Assembly: GCA_963674825.1 (NCBI GenBank)
Contig: OY771587.1
Coordinates: forward strand, 416,001 to 480,000
Source of the DNA: Candidatus Cloacimonadales bacterium
Lineage (GTDB): Bacteria > Cloacimonadota > Cloacimonadia > Cloacimonadales > JAIOQZ01
DNA: 64,000 nt
Direction: 5' to 3'
Below the pieces are notes generated by a model that did no database searches, was not told where the DNA came from, and saw only the letters and a list, made by a program, of their open reading frames with translations. A program made the translations under genes and the position numbers. Below, one piece after another: positions 57,839 through 64,000 of the stretch (the first letter of the stretch is position 1; every line of letters starts with the position of its first letter).

Positions 57839-60367
57839 TTATTTCATCAGCATCGCTTTTCTTGTGAAAGACTTACCGGCTGAAGTCATGCGAATCAGAT
57901 ACAATCCGCTGGCTACCGGTTTCCTTCTTGCATCTGTTCCGTCCCAAATATAGCTGTGCGCACCTGAAGTCAGATTCTCATCGACCAGTGTCGTAATCTT
58001 CTGACCACGTGTATTGTATATCTCCACGCAAGCATGGCCGGCATTCTCGAGCGAGAAGGATACGGTCGTCTCGGGGTTGAACGGATTCGGATAGCATGCG
58101 TTGAGTGCTGTAGTATAACCAGGCGCCGAAGGGTCATCGCTACCGAGGTAGTCGATATAGACTTCGGTGACAGCGGGATCTTCCACCAGCTCCATCTCGT
58201 TCCACTTCGCAGACTGGAAGTAAACGTTGGTGTAGGTGTCGCTGAGTCCACTTACAGAGCTGCTGAAATTCAGTACGATGGTTGCTTCTTCCACGTTGAT
58301 CGGGCTTGACGAACTGCACGATACATGCACGATCCCGTTATCGCCACTGTATTCGATGCTGTTGAAGCTCATCCCTGGATATTCGATCGATTCGAACGCA
58401 AGGAGGCTGGCATCGTAAGTGAACGTCCAGCTACAAGCATATACGTTATCGACATTCGCCAATGTGAAAGGTACTTCGATGTAAGAACTTCCGCTGATCG
58501 TAACATCTTCGCCAAGAATCTCTGCCGAAGCATCGAATTCACCATCGAGAACCTCGTATGGCAGCTCGGTGATCGCGCCGACAACGTATTTCAGGATCAG
58601 TGTTGCGTCCAGTGACGTAATTTCACCATCGAAGCTCGCGTCTGCAATGACCATCTGAATTTCATCGAAATCAACCTGGCCCGTGAGATATTGCAGGATC
58701 AGAGAAGCATCCCAGGCCTGTACATCACCATTCATATCCACATCGCCGAACATGTCTTCCAGCCCAACCAGGATACGTCCTGGATGCGAAACAACCGGAA
58801 CGATACCGGTATTCACTGTTACCGGACCAAATGTCACATCTACGACATTCAGTTCGGGGGTAGACGGGATATCGAACACTATATTCGCCAGCAGGCCTTC
58901 GCCATTGATCGGTGTTGAGCCTGCGCACGCGATATAAAGGTCATCGCCTTCAAGATTCCATTCGGTTATCCAGTTGTTTGCATCCGGCATCGAGTCAGTA
59001 AACATCACATCCACCGGTGTTGCTTCTGTGCCAAAGCCGTTTACAACGATCTCAAAAGCCTGAATGTTCAACTCATCCGGAATAACACAGGTAATCGGAA
59101 CCGTTGCTGTAGAGCCTGCATCGGCAAACACCTGTCCTGCGTAGATATCGACCACAACATCATCTTCTTCCGGCTGGAATTCATAGCAGCCCATATCGAT
59201 ACCGACCACGCTGTCCAAATTGCCATCGACGAAGCGAGGATTACCCAGCAAATCCAGTTCGCAGAACGGATAGCCGATGTTCTCGTCGCTTCCGGCATCG
59301 ATGCAGGGAGAGTCTGAGCTCAGAGTAAATACGAAGTCCGTCGGTGCGACGAACATCGGATCCTCGGAGATACAACCAGTCCCAGCTGAACAGCCATAGT
59401 AGTTACCGGCAGTGTTGTTCCAGACGTCGTTATTATTAATCTGTAAGGCGTTTGTCGTACTGTAAATGCCATAATCGTCGTTGCTAGCCACAATGTTATT
59501 GTAGATAATGGGGTTACTATAGACCACACCGATACCGCCACCTGTGGGGGCATAGTGGGTTGATGAATTATTGACGATGATATTGTTCCTGATTACGGGA
59601 GCATTACTGCAGAGGCAGTAAACACCACCACCATGATCATCTGTTGTGTTTCCATAGAAGAGGTTGTTTTCTACCAACGCATCTGAGTAATAAATGGTAA
59701 TACCACCACCACCACCCATATAATCATGCCACGCTTCATTGTAGCGAATGATATTGTTGCGAACAATCGGGTAATCTCCAGGAGTATTTTGCGTGTGGTG
59801 TAAGCCAATTGCACCGCCTCCTGCAAAGTCTGTCGCGTCTGCTACGTTATATTCAAGAAGACAGTTCTCGATGATACCGTCTGCTCCATCGTTAAAAAAA
59901 ATCGCACCACCACACCCTCTGGCAGCATTCCCTGTACCGGCAATACAATGCCGAATGATACAGTTTCGGACGATAATTGATCCAGCCGTACAGAAGATAC
60001 CACCACCGTGTCTTCCTGCATTTCCATTCTCAATTGTAAAGCCTTCGATCACATCATCACGAGTCTGATTCGAATAGTTAAAATAGAAAGCCCGTCCCTG
60101 GTCTTCGCAATCGATGATACAGTTTTCTGGACCATTCTGAGACCTTACGATAAGGTGCTTTACAGCTCCATCCCAGCCCATTTCACGATTCGATTCACCA
60201 GTGTAGATTCCATCAAGAACAACAATTTCATCGCCATCGGACGCTTGAGCAATCGCTTCTGAAATCGATGTGAAGTCTCCTGTACCATTGACATCGACTA
60301 AGATCGTTTCAGCATATGCCCAGCTGCACAATAGCATGATGATCGTGAGGAAAAACGTTCGTTTCAT
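57839..60367 (-). CDS. Secreted protein: right-handed beta-helix, cohesin-like, dockerin, cohesin-like and FlgD-Ig/T9SS-like C-terminal domains
   Basis: Signal peptide, GGGI/NNII beta-helix repeats, DSPCIDAG...IDMGCYE, dockerin GDVDMNGDVQAWDASLILQY and ADASFDGEITSLDATLILKY, and CYPNPFNP...KAMLMK. Confidence 0.85.
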   Translation of the reverse strand: MKRTFFLTIIMLLCSWAYAETILVDVNGTGDFTSISEAIAQASDGDEIVVLDGIYTGESNREMGWDGAVKHLIVRSQNGPENCIIDCEDQGRAFYFNYSNQTRDDVIEGFTIENGNAGRHGGGIFCTAGSIIVRNCIIRHCIAGTGNAARGCGGAIFFNDGADGIIENCLLEYNVADATDFAGGGAIGLHHTQNTPGDYPIVRNNIIRYNEAWHDYMGGGGGITIYYSDALVENNLFYGNTTDDHGGGVYCLCSNAPVIRNNIIVNNSSTHYAPTGGGIGVVYSNPIIYNNIVASNDDYGIYSTTNALQINNNDVWNNTAGNYYGCSAGTGCISEDPMFVAPTDFVFTLSSDSPCIDAGSDENIGYPFCELDLLGNPRFVDGNLDSVVGIDMGCYEFQPEEDDVVVDIYAGQVFADAGSTATVPITCVIPDELNIQAFEIVVNGFGTEATPVDVMFTDSMPDANNWITEWNLEGDDLYIACAGSTPINGEGLLANIVFDIPSTPELNVVDVTFGPVTVNTGIVPVVSHPGRILVGLEDMFGDVDMNGDVQAWDASLILQYLTGQVDFDEIQMVIADASFDGEITSLDATLILKYVVGAITELPYEVLDGEFDASAEILGEDVTISGSSYIEVPFTLANVDNVYACSWTFTYDASLLAFESIEYPGMSFNSIEYSGDNGIVHVSCSSSSPINVEEATIVLNFSSSVSGLSDTYTNVYFQSAKWNEMELVEDPAVTEVYIDYLGSDDPSAPGYTTALNACYPNPFNPETTVSFSLENAGHACVEIYNTRGQKITTLVDENLTSGAHSYIWDGTDARRKPVASGLYLIRMTSAGKSFTRKAMLMK

Positions 60368-60501
60368 TGCGCACCTCCTAAAAGATATACGGTAAGATAC
60401 ACTGAATAGTTAATTGTTGTCAAATCTTTTTTGCTGAAAAAGATAAGGTTTCGCTAAGATGAGGTGATAACATGATTTTGGATTCTTATTTTCGAATGAA
60501 A

Positions 60502-61296
60502 TTAGCTAGTTCTTCGGTATAATCCAACTCCGCGCGTTGGTAGATCTTCAAGAACTGATACCAGTTTAAACCCCATAGATTCAAGGCGATTCGTCATCTC
60601 TTCCCGCGAGATAATCCAGTCATGCCACTCTAATAATACAGCATCAACTCGATCGAAGAAACTATTGCCAGGAACAAGAAAATCTTTTTCTCCACCCTCG
60701 ATATCGATCTTTGCAAGGCTGCATCGTACATCTCCGAAAGCTTTTAACCACTCTTCTTCGACATCGACTGTCGAAACCATTATCTTGTGCCACTTGCCTT
60801 TCTGCGGCAATCCTGGTTCTCCTTCCGGAAAGCGAGATGAAATAATGTGAGAATCACTTACAAAGAATTCTTCAATAGTCGTTTCTCCGGGAGCAGAAAC
60901 AAGCCCATTAACAACATGCAGGTTACTCAATCGATTTTTCTTAGTCATCCACCGAGTCTCTTCGCACATCTCAGGATTGGCGTCTATCGCGATCCCTTTC
61001 AAGGCCTTATTCTTTGTCTTATCCGCAACCAAAGCCGAAAAGTACCCTATATTGCAACCAATATCGATAAAAGAACCGATCGTTCCGTCGAATGCTTGTC
61101 CATAGACACCAGACGAAAACACTTCGCTTGCCAGTATGAATGATTCAACGTGCTTGATTCTATATCTTGTACCATTTGGCAAAGCTTTCACGATCGGAAA
61201 TTTATGTAGCAGCCACGTGATCAGGTAGCGGAAACCAAGCTTATTCAGCATAAAATGCACTATGCCAAGTCGATTCAGAAGCTCAACTACGCTCAT
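60502..61296 (-). CDS. FkbM-family methyltransferase
   Basis: FIDIGCNIGYFS and KIDIEGGE...LLEWH; start at MSVVELL after GGAGG. Confidence 0.85.
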   Translation of the reverse strand: MSVVELLNRLGIVHFMLNKLGFRYLITWLLHKFPIVKALPNGTRYRIKHVESFILASEVFSSGVYGQAFDGTIGSFIDIGCNIGYFSALVADKTKNKALKGIAIDANPEMCEETRWMTKKNRLSNLHVVNGLVSAPGETTIEEFFVSDSHIISSRFPEGEPGLPQKGKWHKIMVSTVDVEEEWLKAFGDVRCSLAKIDIEGGEKDFLVPGNSFFDRVDAVLLEWHDWIISREEMTNRLESMGFKLVSVLEDLPTRGVGLYRRTS

Positions 61297-62302
61297 TGGC
61301 GTCCTCCGTTTCATCAAGTAATTCTTTACCGGAAAATATCGAAGTACCTGTCCAGCTCAAAGCGATCACCCCGAGAATGACGATCAGTAATCCCGTCAGC
61401 AAATGCCCGAAAGTCATAACGGCACTAACGAGGTTTTTGTCCAGCCCAAATCCAACACTGAAAATCAACACCATCAGTAACTCATTGCTGCCGATTTGTG
61501 CCGGAGGATGAGGCAAAACATAGGATAGATAGATCAAAGTGTAGCCGAAAAGCACAGTGAAAAATCCAATTGGTGTACCGAACGCCCAGAACAAAAGAAT
61601 AACAACAAGCGTATCGGTCAGCACAGCAAACAGAGTCAGAAAGACAATTTGCGGGATCAGCATATAATGGTGACGAAACAAGCCTACACCCTGCATAAAG
61701 AGCGAAAAGACTTCCTTAACTTTCATCTTCTGCTTTTCAGGCAAAAAGAAAAACAAGTTGAGGATCACAGCCGTCGTCTTTTCATGAGCCAATGACGCTG
61801 CAATAAGAATGAAGATGCCGATCAATACGATTCCAAGAATTATTGAAATCAGTCCCCACAGCGGTTTGCTTATATGAATAGGCAAGAAAGGAATCAACAA
61901 CAGCACAATGAAAATCGCGATAGAATCGAACAGCTTATCAATAAAAACCGTTGGCAGCGTTCGCGATACACGCAAGTTGTATTTTCTTTTCAGGAAATAG
62001 CATTTCGCAATCTCACCTGCACGAATAGGGATAACATAGTTTATGAAATTACTGCCCATGAAGATGTTGTATGTCGATAATGGGGGAACTCTTTGCACCG
62101 TGGAAAGTATCACATTCCAGCGCAGGGATCGTATCAGATATGATATAACATACACCAATGCAGATAACAGCGCTATACGAACGTCTATTTGAAGGAAATA
62201 TCCCACTAAAATCGAAGGATCAATCACATAGAACCAGATGCCCAGAAAGATAAGCCCGAGCAAAAAACTTAAGGCCATGCGCATATATTTATTTTTCAAC
62301 AT
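61283..62302 (-). CDS. Lysylphosphatidylglycerol-synthase TM / flippase-like (UPF0104) membrane protein
   Basis: RSLRW..IL, N.VIP.RAGE, D.LFD and P.PP.QIGSNE. Confidence 0.85.
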   Translation of the reverse strand: MLKNKYMRMALSFLLGLIFLGIWFYVIDPSILVGYFLQIDVRIALLSALVYVISYLIRSLRWNVILSTVQRVPPLSTYNIFMGSNFINYVIPIRAGEIAKCYFLKRKYNLRVSRTLPTVFIDKLFDSIAIFIVLLLIPFLPIHISKPLWGLISIILGIVLIGIFILIAASLAHEKTTAVILNLFFFLPEKQKMKVKEVFSLFMQGVGLFRHHYMLIPQIVFLTLFAVLTDTLVVILLFWAFGTPIGFFTVLFGYTLIYLSYVLPHPPAQIGSNELLMVLIFSVGFGLDKNLVSAVMTFGHLLTGLLIVILGVIALSWTGTSIFSGKELLDETEDANERS

Positions 62303-63404
62303 AGTGTTCGGGATTGGAAAAGCCTTTTACATGAATTCGTTGATGCGGACAGTGATCGAAACAGCGAAGACAACGAAGGCATTTCTTGGTATCAATTGAC
62401 CAATCATCCTTGATTGCTTTTACCGGGCAGTTATCGATACATATCCGGCAAGTATTACAGATTGGAAAGGAATTGATGTATGGATGTGTTCCAAAATATC
62501 CTGTTTTATACATGAACTCGTTGAAGTGGGTCTTGAACACAAGATTCCAGAAAATATCCACAACATACAGACCACGATAGAATAGCCGATAAATCCCACT
62601 TTGCTGTGGTAGTTCATACTTTCGCGGTACTATATCACCCTGAATATCGATATTTGATGGCGGCTGAGCCAGTCGGATGTATTCGATTGAGCGCCAATCG
62701 ACCTGCATAAAATCACAGAGAACCTTATCGAGCGCTTGTTGATGAGTCGATGCGAAAAGCATGTTCGAGCGAACCACCGTGCCGTAAACCGCACCATCGC
62801 CCTCCATGCTATTGAGTGCGTCACAGATGGTGATCGTCGGGGTTAAAAGCTTTGCCAGATCCGCAACACATCCATGTATGCCACGAACATGCATCTGTTT
62901 GCGAGTACGATTGTTAACCAGCCCCATGAGGTTCTTCATGCCAGTCGTTACTGTCGTTATGACATGTGTTTTCAGGATTGGCAGATTAACAAGCTTGGCA
63001 TCTTTGAGAAGCGGATTGACATAAGCTCGCTTAAGGAGTTTACCACCTGGAATCTTACGGCAAATGTAGTCTCTTTCATCTGGAATAGATACTTCAAGTC
63101 CACATGTCTCTGCAAGCTCCTTGATTCCGAGAAAATGAAAAACTTCTTGCGATCTGAATTCCATGCCGGGTAACTCGGTAAGATATGGCTTTGCCCCTAA
63201 TTGATTTAGACGCAAGGCAACAGCTTTTATTAAATCCAAGTTTGTTGTCGCTCCCGCAGTGCTTACACGCGGCGCAACAAAATTTGGCTTTAATATCACC
63301 TTATCGCCCCGATTGAATAGCGCATCGAATCCGATTTCGTCCAGAAATCGTACTAAATCTACATCTAAGTTATCAATCTTCCTTGCAAAAACAATGGGAT
63401 TCAT
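62289..63404 (-). CDS. DUF362 domain protein with a C-terminal 2[4Fe-4S] domain
   Basis: VILKPN, NLPILKTH...MKNLMG, MEGDG, CNTCRICIDNCP and CLRCLRCFDHCP; start at MNPIVF after AGGAG. Confidence 0.88.
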   Translation of the reverse strand: MNPIVFARKIDNLDVDLVRFLDEIGFDALFNRGDKVILKPNFVAPRVSTAGATTNLDLIKAVALRLNQLGAKPYLTELPGMEFRSQEVFHFLGIKELAETCGLEVSIPDERDYICRKIPGGKLLKRAYVNPLLKDAKLVNLPILKTHVITTVTTGMKNLMGLVNNRTRKQMHVRGIHGCVADLAKLLTPTITICDALNSMEGDGAVYGTVVRSNMLFASTHQQALDKVLCDFMQVDWRSIEYIRLAQPPSNIDIQGDIVPRKYELPQQSGIYRLFYRGLYVVDIFWNLVFKTHFNEFMYKTGYFGTHPYINSFPICNTCRICIDNCPVKAIKDDWSIDTKKCLRCLRCFDHCPHQRIHVKGFSNPEHYVEK

Positions 63405-63500
63405 TCTCTCTCCTGTTTGCTTCACAGCATCAACCATTCCAGAATTGAAAACCGGTCAAGCATTTTATTCAGCGCGATGCCAGCCCGACATGGCTGGAAG

Positions 63501-63527
63501 AAAAAACCCCGCCGAAACCGACGGGGT
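63501..63527 (-). terminator. Intrinsic terminator
   Basis: ACCCCG...CGGGGT with a T-run on the minus strand. Confidence 0.7.
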
Positions 63528-63549
63528 CGAGAACATATCGTCACATGCT

Positions 63550-63999
63550 TTATTTCAGCATGAGCGCTTTGCTTGTCATAACGGCACCGCCAGCTTCGAG
63601 CTTGAAGAGATAGATACCAGACGCAGCTGTTTTACCGGATGCATCGGTTCCATCCCAGATGGCTTCGTTCATGCCCTTCTGACCCGATCCGTAAACGAGT
63701 GTTCTCACCTTGCGACCACGAAGGTCGTAGACGGTCACGTTGACATGCATCGGTTCGGACAGCGTATAGCTGAGCCTGGTGGAAGGATTGAACGGGTTGG
63801 GATAGATCGCCTGGATCGCTGTTGCGAAGCTGGCATCAGGTGTATCATCCGGTTCTTCATCCTGCGTGATCGTAACCGTTGTGGGGCCGTACAGAGATAC
63901 GGATCCACTCAGGTCGATGCATTCGAGCCAGTAGTAGTACTGATTATCTTCGATCACATCGTTATCCACGAACTCGTAGCTCGTCTCGGATGTGCTATT
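63550..63999 (-). CDS. C-terminal part of a secreted protein with a FlgD-Ig/T9SS-like domain, 5'-truncated
   Basis: The frame is open to the window edge; YEFVD...YYYWLE..D..G...YGP, then IYPNPFNP...WDGTD.SG...SGIY...KALMLK. Confidence 0.85.
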   Translation of the reverse strand, partial: NSTSETSYEFVDNDVIEDNQYYYWLECIDLSGSVSLYGPTTVTITQDEEPDDTPDASFATAIQAIYPNPFNPSTRLSYTLSEPMHVNVTVYDLRGRKVRTLVYGSGQKGMNEAIWDGTDASGKTAASGIYLFKLEAGGAVMTSKALMLK

Positions 64000-64000
64000 C

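Overview
Bacterial chromosomal window of about 50% GC (visual estimate). It is most consistent with Candidatus Cloacimonadota or a related FCB-group anaerobe. This is an inference from three secreted proteins ending in a YPNPFNP...K(M/A)(L/M)(M/L)(L/M)K C-terminal domain, a PorV/FadL-like barrel, and Ior/Vor amino-acid-fermentation oxidoreductases. 1-9.4 kb: GNAT, outer-membrane barrel, BatA-vWA, radical SAM, lipoprotein, Lon, response regulator and MgtE. 9.4-25 kb: complete tuf-S10-spc-alpha ribosomal cluster on the minus strand, with no adk and no fusA/rpsG/rpsL in front of tuf. 25.5-28.7 kb: DUF2007-PyrE fusion, PdxA-methyltransferase fusion and rnhB. 28.7-30.3 kb: an AT-rich PIN-like gene bracketed by two ~190-bp structured direct repeats. 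30.4-37.4 kb: iorAB, an ankyrin/CFI-box protein, an AT-rich membrane gene and a Vor-type four-gene oxidoreductase. 37.8-50.2 kb: secreted VIT-vWA protein, three paralogous chemoreceptors and cheW. 50.5-57.8 kb: a large GNAT protein behind a leader-peptide/terminator-antiterminator, then three tandem zinc-ribbon rhomboids of which two have lost the catalytic Ser-His dyad, then a 36/37-bp periodic hairpin array. 57.8-64 kb: a beta-helix/cohesin/dockerin secreted protein, an FkbM/flippase-like/DUF362 cluster and a partial secreted protein. The strongest candidates for undescribed biology are the one-active/two-dead rhomboid operon, the repeat-flanked PIN cassette, the attenuator and the hairpin array. 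No tRNA, rRNA, CRISPR array or transposase was recognised. All family calls come from motif recognition by eye; no searches were run.
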